Source: Utricularia gibba
Taxonomy: Eukaryota; Plantae; Magnoliophyta
Assembly: GCA_002189035.1 (NCBI GenBank)
Contig: NEEC01000011.1
Location: forward strand, 2,914,001-2,978,000
Reading direction: 5' to 3'
Length of the DNA: 64,000 nucleotides
Under the pieces are notes generated by a model. The model was not told the origin of the DNA and searched no databases. It saw only the letters and a program-made list of their open reading frames with translations. Below are positions 12,348 through 24,483 of this stretch, in pieces. Made by a program: the position numbers and the translations under genes. Each line of letters begins with the position of its first letter. Position 1 is the first letter of the stretch.

Positions 12348-13841
12348 TCACTGTTTTCTTCTCTGGCCTGGCCTGCTGCTACCACTTTGCGACACAAAGC
12401 TATGGCCGGACGTAGCAGCTGGTGGAGACAATGGAGGCTGCTGCGCCACTGGAGACGCCTGAGCGGAGACCCTCCAAATCTTCACGGACTTGTCCAAGCT
12501 CCCACTGTACACCATATAATGCCCACCTCCGCTGTATGAGCAGTCCTCCTCCACGGCGAGGCACTTCACTGGACCACTATGGCCAGTCAACACTGTTACA
12601 CAGAGATGCTGCCCTTCTTCTCTTCTCCATACGCAAATGTTTGTGTCTGCCGATCCACTGAACAGCATGTTCCTCGCCGTGGCCAAGCACAAGACAGCGA
12701 GCTTATGCCGCCGTAGAACTCCTCCGTGGGATAAAAACTTGTCACGTTCCCAGAAGTTAATCATCCCGTCGGATGAGCCACAGTAGAGTATTGTAGCCAG
12801 TGGGTCGACTGCGAGGGCGGTGACAGCACATTCCTGCTTCAGGAGTGACTGAGAAAAGAAATGCTTCGTTCCCTTTCCTTGCGTTTCCCTCCGCCACACC
12901 TTGACGCTGCCATCGGCGGAGCCGCTGAATACCAGGCCGTCGAAGCCGGAGATAACTGAATTCACGGCATCGTCATGTGCGGTGATCGATTCTAAGCACT
13001 TGTAGTCTGAGACTCTCCATACTTTAATCGTTTTATCCCAAGAAGCTGAGTATAGAACAGATTTGTCTTCGCTCAAGCTCAGGGATGAAATGGCGTCTAT
13101 GTGCTTGATCCAAATGGCGTTACGGTTCTTGCTTACTTCAACATATTTGTGAGGATTGAAGGAGCTTTTGACGGTGGCTTTGAAAGTTGGCAATGACCCG
13201 ATTCGCTTGTACACACTTGGATCCTTCCCGGAGATTTTCCAGACCCGGATTTTCCCGTCCTGGTGCCCGGTGAAGATTCGTTCTCCGGCAATGATAATCG
13301 CCTTGACCAGACCGGAATTCGACTTGAAACCTGAGTTGAGATATATTCAGTTCAATGGAATACCAAAAAATATTGGAATTCGAAGGTTTCAACCTGAAAA
13401 TTCTTTCTGATTCTTCCATACTCGGATGTTCTTGCTGTCGGAGCCGGTGTACAGTAATTCTCCCGCCGCGGCTAGCGAATAAATATGCCCCTCTTCTCTT
13501 ACGAGGGAGCCCATAAGACCGGTGTAGGAGTACCCCGATGACGTGGAGGAGGAAAATTCCGGCACCAGCATGTGAGACGACCACGGCGATTTGGTTAAAG
13601 GAGACGTCGGCATTTCCCACGACGGCGGCGGGGAGGCGAGGATGAAATCCGAGGGAGGCGGCGGTCCGCTGTCATGGTTGGACGGACTGCATACCTCGGA
13701 GGTGGCGCTAAGACGGAATGAGTATTCTTCCTGGTCCGGTTGAAGAACCGGCGCGTGTTTCTTCGTCGAACTGGAATCCGTCGCCATGGGGGCATGATCC
13801 CAAACTCCCGAATTCTCATTCATATCATCCCCTGTCATCAA
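12348..13841 (-). CDS. WD40-repeat protein, JINGUBANG-like; 2 exons (13841-13394, 13330-12348)
   Basis: [34 protein letters not shown] | [10 protein letters not shown]...[54 protein letters not shown]; a 63-nt GT-AG intron (13393-13331) joins the two ORF-track fragments in frame. Confidence 0.92.
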
Positions 13842-14674
13842 CTTGATCTCTCAATGCAACATACAAAATCTGTCAAAAACCGAAACTGGCGTGAAGGGAT
13901 GACCGTTATTTCCGGTACCCAAGTTCTCAACCGTTTGATCAAATTTAGAAAAATTGATTAGAATTGCAAAACAAGACGCAAAATATCATGGAGGAATGCT
14001 TCCATACCCGCCATCCTTCAGCCCGGCTCCACTACCCGACCCGACATGGATTCGGAGCTCATGCTTCAGATACCGTGACCAAGTTGTCTGAATAAAAAGA
14101 TATTAGAAAATTTTGAATGTATCAAATACAAAATTGAACAGCTCATAGATTCTCTGGACGTGGGAGCCCAGCCTGTTGCTTCGTTTTGGGAGGAAGTGCA
14201 CGAACTAATCCTGTATGGCTGGTTGCACTAACTTTTATAAGCCTGAGTTGGAACCATCAGATCTGAAGGGGGAGTCCATCCATTCAATTCATCAGTTGAA
14301 AAAGTTAAAAAAACTGACGAAGATAAGGATCGGGAATCCTCCCAGGTGAAAAGTGATCATCTCTCTGTCAATAGTTAAAAAAAAAACACAGTAGAAGCTC
14401 TTGCTCATGCTCGATGTCATTCCACAAACTTATATACTTATTACCTTTCTTTGGACAAGGGTGACTTGTGGTCAACCGAATCAGAAGGCCCCCCTCCTCG
14501 AAGGCTGCCAAATGGCCAGAAAAATTAGAGGCAACAGTAATATTCTCGCTGCCAATTTCTTCAAGAAAGTAACAGGCTTTTTGTTCATCACAAATTTGGT
14601 TTCTCCTTGAAGAAGAAGCAGCAACATCCTCTGAAAACTTCCCCTCAGCTGACAGCTTGGGGTTCTTCAGAGAA

Positions 14675-16703
14675 ATGGCAGAAAAAAAACTCAGCGGCCA
14701 TGCATGGTGACTACTTAAAAAAGAATATTTCGTGGTAGAGCTCTTACCAAGATGGAGATGTGTTTGAATGTTCTTCATGTTGCTGTTGCAGGTTCTGTGA
14801 GACTGGATTGCCCAGTGACGTGATAATCGAAGTAGATGACGTTGTTTTCCATCTTCACAAGGTGCGTGCGGCCTTTAAGTTGCAGGACTTTACCTGAAAC
14901 TTCACTCTGCACTTTCATTTGTCTCCTTCTGGATTCAGTTTTGCTTCATCTTCCAGTTCCCACTCACCTCCAAGAGTAGGAAGCTCAACGAGCTGATAGA
15001 GGAACAACAATACAACGGAATAGGGTTCGCCCAGGAACCTTATGAGATCAGGGACAAAGATGACGGCGGAGAGGATGAGGAAGAGAAATGCTACATCAAG
15101 CTCCCGTTTTTTCCGGGAGGTTCAGAGTCATTCGAGACTGCCTCGAAATTCTGCTACGGCTTGAAAATAGAACTCACGGCTTCTAACGTCGCCGCAGTCC
15201 GATGCGCCGCAGAGTACCTGGAAATGACGGATGATTTCTACGATGACAACCTGATTTCGACGACGGAGAAGTTTATCTTGCAGAGTGTTCTGAAAAATAT
15301 CAAGCATTCTCTGAGAACGCTTATCTCCTGCCAAACTCTCTTGCCCATGGCTGAAAACATAGGGATTGTTCAGAGATGCATCGAGGCCGTCGCTACCAAA
15401 GCTGCCGTTATAGATCCGTCTCTGTTCGGGTGGCCAGTGGACGACGCCGCCGGAAGGAAAGGAAACGCTTCATGGCTCGATGAAATCGGTCGATTAAGTT
15501 TCCCATTCTTCAAACGTTTGATTTTCGCCTTGAACGCTCTGAATCTGGGCGGCGAAGTTATCGAGATCTGTCTTGTTCAGTACGCCAAGAGAATTGTACG
15601 GAGTTGTAGAAAGCCAATGCCGCCTTCCGCCGCTAATCCACCGTTGGAGAACCAACAGAGAGAAATTCTGGAGACTATCATTTCAAATATTCCCAAGGAG
15701 AAAAGCAGCCGATCCGCCGGAAATTTCACGAAATTCATGTTCGGATTACTCCGCACAGCCTACATTCTCAACGCCTCTGAATCTTCACGCCTGAAATTGG
15801 AGAGGAAAATTGGATTGCAATTAGAGCAGGCAACTTTGGACGACCTTCTGATTCCCAGCTACTCGTACCTGAACGAGACGCTTTACGACATCGATTGCGT
15901 CGAAAGAATTTTGGCATACTTTCTTCAAGAAAACGAAGACGACGACGACAACAATTCCAGATGCTTAGCGTTAAAGGCGGTGGGGAAACTCATGGACGGT
16001 TACCTATCGGAAATCGCTTCCGACGCCAATTTGAAGCCGGAGAAATTCTTCAACCTCGCCGTCGCGCTACCGTTCCACGCCAGAGTCTTCGACGACGGGT
16101 TATATCGCGCCGTCGACGTATACTTCAAGGTGGCGAAAATTCAATTGCTCAAGTTTTTGAACTATTCGAATCATCAGTTATTACTGTTTCTCTCCGCAGG
16201 CGCACCCGTGGATCTCAGAGGGAGAAAGAGAGAAAATCTGCGGCGTTCTCAGCTATCAGAAGCTAACACTGGAAGCGTGCACCCACGCGACGCAGAACGA
16301 GCGTCTTCCCCTCAAGGCGGTAGTTCAGGTTCTGTTCTTCGAGCAGCGCCAGCTCCGCCACGCGATCGGCGGTACGCCATTGAGAGACAACTTAGAAAAC
16401 AGTGGAAATTCGTCACGCGCCGACGAGGAGAGCAGCGCGTGGAGATCGACGGTGACGGACAATCACTTGCTTCGCGTGAATATGGATACCATGCGGACGC
16501 GGGTCCAGGAGCTGGAGAGGCAGTGCAGTAGCATGAGGAAAGCGATGGTGAGAATGGACCCATCGCCACGTCACCATGCGAAGCAGCAGAGTCCTTCTTG
16601 GATGGCCAAGCTTGGGTGCAAATTTAACCCCCAGTTTTGCGATCCACATGATCCTACGATCGTCGACATCCGCAAGCCACGTGTCCCACGTCGTGACCGT
16701 TGA
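14675..16703 (+). CDS. BTB/POZ-NPH3 family protein, 4 exons
   Basis: MAEKKLSGHAW|FCETGLPSDVIIEVDDVVFHLHK|FPLTSKS...FPGGSESFETASKFCYGLKIELTASNVAAVRCAAEYLEMT; NPH3 domain LEQATLDDLLIPS, DDGLYRAVDVYFK|AHPW, NERLPLKAVVQVLFFEQ; stop at 16701-16703. Confidence 0.92.
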
Positions 16704-16982
16704 TCTGCCATCAATTATAATCTGCGTTTCTCTGCTATATTAAAATTTTCAAAAAAAAAAAACTCTACTTCTTTTCCATTTGGATTGGATTTAGGGTTTC
16801 ATGAGCCTCTTCTTTTCACATTATGTTCATATATTTCTCATTTTTTTTGATCTAGAAAATGTTTAATTTGATTAATTATCTAAATTTAAATTATTTAGGT
16901 TTAGATGCGTATGTGAATTTCATTTCCTTTGGCATTTCATTTACATTTATTAAAAAAAATACCAAAACTGGGACAACGGGAA

Positions 16983-17100
16983 TGGGCCGGGCCCTCATGG
17001 CTTTGGATAATTGGGCTATCTCACCGGGAGTTCAATCGATAACCCTTAGATGGTGATGCTTGAGAATGGAGTATGGCAAAGTCTCCACGCCAAAACCCTA
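16983..17100 (+). promoter_or_regulatory. Site II plus telo-box promoter module upstream of the snoRNA
   Basis: TGGGCC 16983-16988, TGGGCT 17012-17017, AAACCCTA 17093-17100. This combination is typical of plant ribosome-biogenesis and snoRNA promoters. Confidence 0.5.
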
Positions 17101-17359
17101 GTTCTCTGGTGTAAAACTCTAGATTTCCAGTTTCCGTCATGATTTCTTCGGAGTTTTTATTCGAATGTGTGCTTCGATTTTCTCTTCAGTTTCTGTTGCG
17201 TTACGTTCTTTCTTTTTATTTTCTTGGTTTTTGCTTTTTGGGGTGACAAGTCCGATACAAATGCATTTTGGTGAATCGTGATGGGGCATTAATATGAGAG
17301 GCACTGCGTTTTGCTTTATTTTTCTCGTTTCTGATTTTTTTTTTTTTTTTGTTTACTTG

Positions 17360-17431
17360 TGGCGTGATGAGGATATCAATTTGATCTGAAATCTGTTGAT
17401 GATCAATTAACCTCCTACTCATTCTGAACGC
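17360..17431 (+). ncRNA. Box C/D snoRNA, probable 25S rRNA 2'-O-methylation guide
   Basis: C box GTGATGA 17364-17370, D' CTGA 17386-17389, C' TGATGA 17397-17402, D CTGA 17424-17427. The segment before box D (CCTCCTACTCAT) is complementary to ATGAGTAGGAGG, which I recall from plant 25S rRNA. Flanks are T-rich and intron-like. Confidence 0.75.
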
Positions 17432-17701
17432 TTCCTTTGTTTTTACCTAATTTTGGTTTGTTCTATATCTGTTTTCCCGCCACGATTTGGAAATTTTGTT
17501 ATCCGAATAAAAATTATGTTAGATATTGATTTAAATACATTAGCTTTTCTCAAAGAGCTAGCTTTGAATTCGAATCATGGCAGCTATAATCCAATTCAAG
17601 TTGGTTTCTAACCGAAAGGGGTTGTTTTGAGGCATTGAAGGCATGCGCGGTAGTTGAGGTGGTGTGCTTCGGATGGGCTCACTGAATTTCATCACCAGCA
17701 G

Positions 17702-19954
17702 TCAATGGTCGTTCTGCTCTTTCATTATCAGATACCTGAAACTAAAATTATGAGGAATAACTTCGATTCTTCGTCTGTTACTGGTCTTCATGCAGTTTTT
17801 TATGCATATTCGCAGGGAATCTGGCAACGATCCATAGATCATTTTCAAAATATCGTCCTGGCTTAATCCGGAGTCCCTGGAAAAGCAGTCAATCAGCTTT
17901 GGAATAAGGATTCTGTTGTCTCTTCCAACACCCAACGTCGCTCGGATGTATTCTTCCTTGGCTGCTTTGAGTTCTTGAAGCACTCTTTTTGAGTTGTAAA
18001 TGCGAACCTAAGCCGGGATGAGAAAAAGTGATTGATTACATTGACCCAAGTGGTGTTGCTAACTAGCTGTGGAACAAATGAACAGATCCTTACAGCAGGG
18101 TCAGAATGGCTCCCCGTGGAAAGTGCAAAGTAGGTAAGAGGCTCTGGGCGATCAATCGCAAGATGCTTTTCATCAGAAGCTTTAAACTTGGTTTTTGACG
18201 GTAGCAGAAACCGCATCAACTGTACATAAAGCTTGCATGATCAACCAAAAGTGGTAAAGGACTGGTAGAAATGTTAAGAGAGAGTGGTCCTACATGTGAT
18301 GAACGAGGAATTTGGCACCGGAGGATTGAACTCTGGATAAGATCTGCAGTCACTACTCGGCCCCCGACATTGTACGTAGCCTGTGAAAACACACCATAAC
18401 TAACTTGTGGCATTCTGAGGAGAACTGAAGTTTTAGCAGTTTGATCACCTTAAAATGCTTGAACATTCGGTTTATATTGTTGTGAGGGATACCAAATGCG
18501 AGAAATGACTGTTGATCAAGTGACAAACTGGTCTGAGTTTTGGCGGAGGAAGGCTAAAATATCAAGAATCACGGAAGTGGAGGAAGGTCATTACATGCAT
18601 CACTAGGGCATTGTGTATGTTTATCCAAAACGCCAACTTCTCCTCATGTGTCATCACTTTCACATTGATGGCTTCCAGGCAGTGAACGAGAGATCTGCAA
18701 GATTCCGGGCAATTGTCAGGTGGTTCATGTAAGCTGTGTCCATTGAGGTTTTGGTACCTGAAGTTTTCCAGAAAGCATTCAACATCTATGTACTTGGTAA
18801 TGTCTTTGTGTATCCATTTAACTTCGGCCATCCTACTGTATGGGCCACTGAAATCTTCAAGTCCCTTGACATGAAAGGGATTATCCAGACGAACATCAAA
18901 GCATAAGTTGCTTCTCAATCGAGGGCTTGATGGATCACACTGGTATGGAGGAGAATATTCAAGAAAAGATGAAGCAGGGGGTGAGGGATGATTGGCTGGC
19001 CGGGGATCAGCAAGTTTGCAGTATATGTTGCACATGCACTTAACCATATTCTCAGAGAGTTTGTTTGGTGTCGCGGAAAGATGATCGGAGATACTGGCTC
19101 CAAGGTGTTCTGCTAGGCTTATGAGGTTAGATGAGAAGTTCTGATCATTCTGCAATACCATAGAGGAAGATCAGAGAGGGGAAGTTTAAGAATTTGCAGC
19201 ACTATCATCAACAATAAAGCTCATATTACCTCTGTCAGGGACAATGGTTTGCTCCTCGGAGAGAAATGTGGCAATGTTGAAGACTGAGAACAGGGTACTG
19301 CAGGAACTGTGGTGCCCCCCACAGATGGACCTGCTTCTTTCTTTGAAGTTATCCGATCATGATATTGGGGTGCTCGTGCAAATTCACTAGATGAATTATA
19401 TGATCTTGAGAATTTCAGACACCTACGCGGCGTTTCAAGTGGAGAACTGAAGCGTTCATCAGCCTTTGAAGAAGGCCGTGGAGGCAATCCAGAATCAGTG
19501 ATCACCTCTAGAGACGGTTCCTGAGCTTCCGTTCTTGAACTCACCCGAGGATGATACTTGGACGCCACTGCAAATTCACTGGATGAATTATATGATCTAG
19601 AAAATTGCTGAAGCCTCTTCCTTGGTGCCTCTGCACTGAACACTTCATGGTTCTTTGAAGCCGCTTGCTGATCAAACGCTTTCCTGTAGAGTGAAAGGAT
19701 ATGCTTTTCCAAGTGCAGGACTTCCAGCTCCAACACCGCGATTTCTTTCAAGAGTTGGGCTTCTGTCTGAATAACACCCAGAAACTATCAGTGTAGTCAG
19801 AAACAGCCTAAGAAGAAGTACCCAAAATGGTATACTACCTTGGAGGAAGCACCTTCAGATTCCATGTTCATAGAGGAGGAAACCTTGAAATCGAGTACAT
19901 TTCCAACAGCACATCGAGCTTGGGCCTGGTTCAGCAATCTCTTCGTCAACAAAT
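17702..19954 (-). CDS. DUF547 / MIP1 leucine-zipper domain protein (5' end not resolved)
   Basis: LLKEIAVLELEVLHLEKHILSLYRKAFDQQ (Lzipper-MIP1), TPNKLSENMVKCMCNIYCKL, EEKLAFWINIHNALVMH, ATYNVGG, EPLTYFALSTGSHSDPAVR, NFSFRYLI (DUF547). The first exon(s) upstream of 19954 were not identified. Confidence 0.88.
19378..19620 (-). repeat. Internal coding duplication, period 192 nt (64 aa), in the DUF547 gene
   Basis: GCAAATTCACT(A/G)GATGAATTATATGATCT starts at 19378 and 19570; the protein has FSRSYNSSSEFA twice. Confidence 0.8.
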
Positions 19955-20455
19955 CTTGATGTTATGAGCAACAAACAGCGCAATCTTTCAAAACTCATCT
20001 CTGAAGAAGAAGAACAGGGGAAAAAACCTCATTTTCAAGAACTGGTGAGTGCAACAGGCATGAAAGCTAAACACCCACAAGCTATATTCAGAACATGCCA
20101 TTGGAAGAGCTTGACTTCACTCAAAAAATCCCTGAGCAGCATGAACTGCCAGCGCATACCCATTGACAACAAGATGCTCTCTTCCCCAAAGAAAAGGCTC
20201 AAATGTGAATACCATGAGCTGTTTTCCTCCAAAACTGCCACGATTTTTGGCTCTTGGTGGGGAAAGAAGCAAATGCCTCAAGAAAACACTCTTGGAATTC
20301 TGGTGTGAAAGGAGGCAAAATTGCCGAGACAGCGTCACAAGAAAATGCCCATCACACCGACAACACAAAGAGGCTCGATGGGGATTGCTATTAGTACTAG
20401 CCTCAGAACCAGAAATGAACAAGAGAGAAAACTGGTAAGAGCAGGAGGCCCCCAG

Positions 20456-20472
20456 CCCCCCCCCCCCCCCCC
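20456..20472. repeat. C17 homopolymer (G-run on - strand)
   Basis: 17 consecutive C flanked by further short C-tracts. Confidence 0.9.
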
Positions 20473-21340
20473 ACCCATTCCCATGTCTTTGGTAGCAAGT
20501 GGGATTTGTTAGCCGTCAATCTACAACTTCCCTCTTCCTGCTACCCAGTTGCATCTGCCTCAAATTCTCCGCTCATGGCTCCTGTTTCCACAGCATGGCC
20601 CCTTTCCTGTGTAACCAACAGGATAATGCAGGAGATGAGTACAGTGACATACCACTGTTTCGTCAAACCCAAAGTACATTGGAGATTCAAATGAGGCTGC
20701 TGGATGGAGTCAAAATTTGGTGCACTAGCTTTAGGACATCTACTGCCCAGCAGTAGTACCATGATCACGTGCCCGGTCTTTAAGGTGTAGAGGAGGTGCA
20801 CCAAATCAACTTTGGTTTGTTCACCAAAGACTTGACTTTAGGGACCCTACTCCACTAGTCCAACCGAAGCTACCCCGGGACGAATCTTGTAAGAAAATCA
20901 TGGTACGCTGATTGGGCCCCTTCGTTGGGCCGAATCATTCTTGTTGCGGAGTGCTGGAGTGGGTCCGATTTAGGTGGGGCCATGGGTTGCCCATTGGGCC
21001 TACGTAAGAAATTTACCTGCAGTGAAACTGAAAGTGAATCGCGAGATATTTACCGCGCTACGCTGTCCACTTGGCGTTGTCAAAAAAGACGGTGGTGATT
21101 AGGCAGGCGGTCAATTCTTCCAACTGAAATTTGTCGTCAGTCTCAAGCACTTTGTTACGACGTAGTTAATGATGATATTTTACACGTACAGAAATTAATT
21201 ACTATTTCTTACCAGTGAGCTTGTCATAGAAAGTGCCCCCAATTTAGAATCTTTTACAAAATTATATGGAGAGTTAATCAGGTGTGGGCGGGTGTAGTTT
21301 AATGTTGTGAACGTTAATTTGCAGTTGCCGACGTTTCCAA

Positions 21341-22342
21341 TCACGATTCGAACACGTACGGTGTCGAAAGCAGCAAATCGTAAGGTTTCCACAACGCGTC
21401 CAAGGGACACGGCCTTCCCGCGTCCAGTCTCGCCCATGGCTTCCCCTTTCCGCTCCAGTGGAGCAAACTCACCGGACCCGGGTGCAAATCCCGACACAGG
21501 CCTCGGAAATTGTCGCCGCCGAGGCCGTGCTGGTTCCAGCGGTGGGCAACCGGCGCAATTTTACCGGCGAAAACTAGCAAAAACGGGGGCAGAGACCCCA
21601 GTTCGTAGATCCGGATTCTCTTCTGTAGCTCCATCCATTCCACGATTTTTCTGGTGTAATCTCCCTGCCTCCATCGCTCGAGATCGATCACCATGACTCC
21701 GGTATTGAAATAGCAAGGCTTCCGATCGGAAAAGGTCAGGGACAGAGATGGGTTCGCCCAGAAAGTCGCTGTGAAGTACGTCGTTAGATTGGCGTTGCAG
21801 TATTCGGGCGCCGCCAACACGGCGTCCTCCGGTAGCGGCGTGGCCGCGAGTTTCGCGATGTCGTCGACGAGAATCAAATCCGAATCGAGGTACACCACGC
21901 GCCGCGCGGAGGCAGGGAGTAAATCAGCGAGGTAATTTCTCGCGTAGTTCAGCGGGCAATCGAGCGCGCTGCGAATCGAGGTGGAGATCAATCCGGCCAC
22001 GGCCTCGTCATCGAAGGTGTAGATATCGAACTGGAGATAAGGGAACGAATGAACGATCGCCCGGCGGAGGTCACCAGTGCCGGTGGAAGATGCCGCTGCG
22101 AGGAAATGGAAGATCACGTTTTCGGGGCAGGAAGTGTGCTGCAGAATAGAGAAGATAGCCGCCATGGAGCCCCGGAGGTAAGCCTCATCAAGGGTCATGG
22201 CGACGTGAACCGCATTGGGACCGTCGGCGCCCTCGAATCCCCCGCATGCCGGCGAATTGTAGAATTTCGGGGCTTCCCTGAAACGCAGCGCCGCCGTGGA
22301 GACGACGGCGAGGAGGAAAAGGGAAGCGTATAAAGATGGCAT
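21341..22342 (-). CDS. GATL: Galacturonosyltransferase-like (GT8, GATL/PARVUS type), intronless
   Basis: Signal/anchor N-terminus, [38 protein letters not shown] (DxD), [23 protein letters not shown]. First ATG is 22342; the track start is a TTG. Confidence 0.95.
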   Translation of the reverse strand: MPSLYASLFLLAVVSTAALRFREAPKFYNSPACGGFEGADGPNAVHVAMTLDEAYLRGSMAAIFSILQHTSCPENVIFHFLAAASSTGTGDLRRAIVHSFPYLQFDIYTFDDEAVAGLISTSIRSALDCPLNYARNYLADLLPASARRVVYLDSDLILVDDIAKLAATPLPEDAVLAAPEYCNANLTTYFTATFWANPSLSLTFSDRKPCYFNTGVMVIDLERWRQGDYTRKIVEWMELQKRIRIYELGSLPPFLLVFAGKIAPVAHRWNQHGLGGDNFRGLCRDLHPGPVSLLHWSGKGKPWARLDAGRPCPLDALWKPYDLLLSTPYVFES

Positions 22343-23826
22343 ATTGAAAAGTAGCAAGGGAAAGAGGAGAGGAATTTATTGCAAATAGGTAGTTGGTAGT
22401 AACCAAGGAACCAATATCTTGATCGGAGTACCGGATTGTCGGTACCAGAGCCGCCATTAATGCAGCAAGATGAACTTATAAATTATTATTTTAAATATAA
22501 TAAATTATTAATAAAATTTTTAAATATCACTTTCACAATAATACAAATTTTTAATTTTCGAAATAGTAAATGTGAGCCTTAAAACAATTATTGAACCTCA
22601 CACTTCAAGCCACAAATAATCATCAAATGAAATATCACGAAATTAAATTATATTTATTTATTATCATTATTTTTAATTTTTTAAATATAAACGAACTAAA
22701 TATATCTAATCTTGACTGCAAAATTGAAATGATATCTTGCATAATATTTCAAAATATTCAATAATTTAATGGTCTTTAAATCACATGCACCGACACTATA
22801 AAACTGATTTTTTTTAATAAAAATCAGTTTTCAAATTAAAGTTGTATGGAGGGTAAAATTCAAGTATTATTTAAAGAATAATTAAATATTAATAAAAATA
22901 TTATTTTAAATAAAAATGAGAGCTTGAGGAAATTTTTTTAAAAAATAATAAATTTTCAAGTTGTTTTAAATATTATTCTCATCAAATTTATAATTAATAG
23001 CAATTTATATTCTACTAAATACGCGTGATTTTATTTCTATTTGGAGGTATTAATGTTCCTAATTATGAAATAACAAGGAAATTATTGATTTAATCATGGA
23101 ATTAATTGGGGATTAGACAAGATTTAAGGGGTTGGTTGTGAGATTTGTGAAAGAAACAATAAATTGAGAGCATGTAATTAATAATTAATGATGAAAACGA
23201 CTAAAAATGCATTGAAAAGCGACATATGTTCACCCCCCAATTACCAGCACTTTAACTTTTTTTTCCCCTTTGGCCTCAAACTTTTCCTTTTTGCTTGAAG
23301 AGATGCCCTCTTCCTCTGTCTGGTTCATGGCCATAAGACCTTCTCAATAATCTGCATCACTGAAACCATATGGATTATGAGATTTGTGTCGTCATAACGA
23401 CGGGATTCGGCCGGATTAATCCGTATGAATGATGCAAAAACCATAGGTTAAAGAGCTTAAGCATACTGAAGATTGGTAAAGGATGAGATGGAATGCATTG
23501 ATTAGAAGAGGTGATGATCATGTGGTATGTCACATGAGGAATCCATAGGAAAAGGGAAAGTAGAAGGTTTGTGGTGTGCAGTGGCATATGCCATGTGGTG
23601 GATGCATGGGGTCCATGGAGCTGGGAAGCTGCATATGCGCATCTCCCAGTACATGCCTACAAGCCCACATGATCAGTCCATCTCCCACCAAAACAAACCA
23701 ACATGTCAGAATCCCTTTTCAAACTTGTAGTGCAAAATATCTTTTCTCATCAGGTCTGGTGTTGTCAAGTTGTGGTGGAGTGAAGAGTCACATGTTTAGG
23801 AGTCAAGAGATTGTATATGACAGTGG

Positions 23827-24483
23827 CTACAACATGAACAAAGCAATGATCACAAGGATAAAGATGATGAGAAAAACTTTCTTCAAGTTCTCATCATCTT
23901 CTTGAGTACCGGGTGCAGTCTCCCCGCCCATTCCCATGCTACTGCTCGGAACTGAGTGATGGTATGCCGGAGGCGGACCTCCGGCACCTGGGAAGCCATT
24001 TAACTGAAGAAAAAGGGGGGAGAAGACTCCCCCCAAGCTTACAGACATCCCAAAGTTACCAAATGAGGCAGTTGCAACTGGCATGAATCCTCCCATGAGT
24101 CCAAAAACAAGATCAGAAAAGTTGCTGTGGACCGGAGAGGGTGCAGTCTCTGGTCTCTGACCGGCCGGTCGATTTGGGATTTCGACCCCTGGCACAGGTT
24201 TCGATCGAGGATCACTGGAGGTCTTCCCTCTGCCGTATAAAGGGATCACTTTCTCCTCCTCTATGAGTGCCTTGCAGACAGGACATTCGTGGGAATGAGA
24301 ATGAAGTCGCAGCCATCTGTAAAGGCATGGCCAGCAATACAAATGCCCACAAAGGGTGATAATAGGGTCCTGTGCTATGTCAAAGCATATGTTGCACTCA
24401 AAATCACCAACTTCATTGCTACCGTCACCCGAGGAATAATTGCTAGCAGAAGCTTTTGAAGCACAATCTGCAGACCCTGCCAT
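23827..24483 (-). CDS. RMA: RING-HC E3 ubiquitin ligase, RMA/RNF185-like, C-terminal membrane anchor
   Basis: FECNICFDIAQDPIITLCGHLYCWPCLYRWL...ECPVCKA, VIPLYGRG, IPNRPAGQRPE, hydrophobic C-terminal tail. Probable 5'-UTR intron up to about 24965. Confidence 0.93.
   Translation of the reverse strand: MAGSADCASKASASNYSSGDGSNEVGDFECNICFDIAQDPIITLCGHLYCWPCLYRWLRLHSHSHECPVCKALIEEEKVIPLYGRGKTSSDPRSKPVPGVEIPNRPAGQRPETAPSPVHSNFSDLVFGLMGGFMPVATASFGNFGMSVSLGGVFSPLFLQLNGFPGAGGPPPAYHHSVPSSSMGMGGETAPGTQEDDENLKKVFLIIFILVIIALFML

Noticed and set aside
17240-17335. Possible second C/D snoRNA upstream of the accepted one (GTGACAA...GTGATGG...CTGA)
   Set aside because: Boxes are degenerate and no recognisable antisense element was found.
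20035-20804. Several ORFs upstream of DUF547 as candidate first exons
   Set aside because: No family-typical N-terminus and no phase-compatible splice path found; left unresolved.
22800-22831. Perfect 13-bp inverted repeat AAAACTGATTTTT/AAAAATCAGTTTT
   Set aside because: Short and AT-rich in an AT-rich spacer; likely chance or a MITE remnant with no definable ends.
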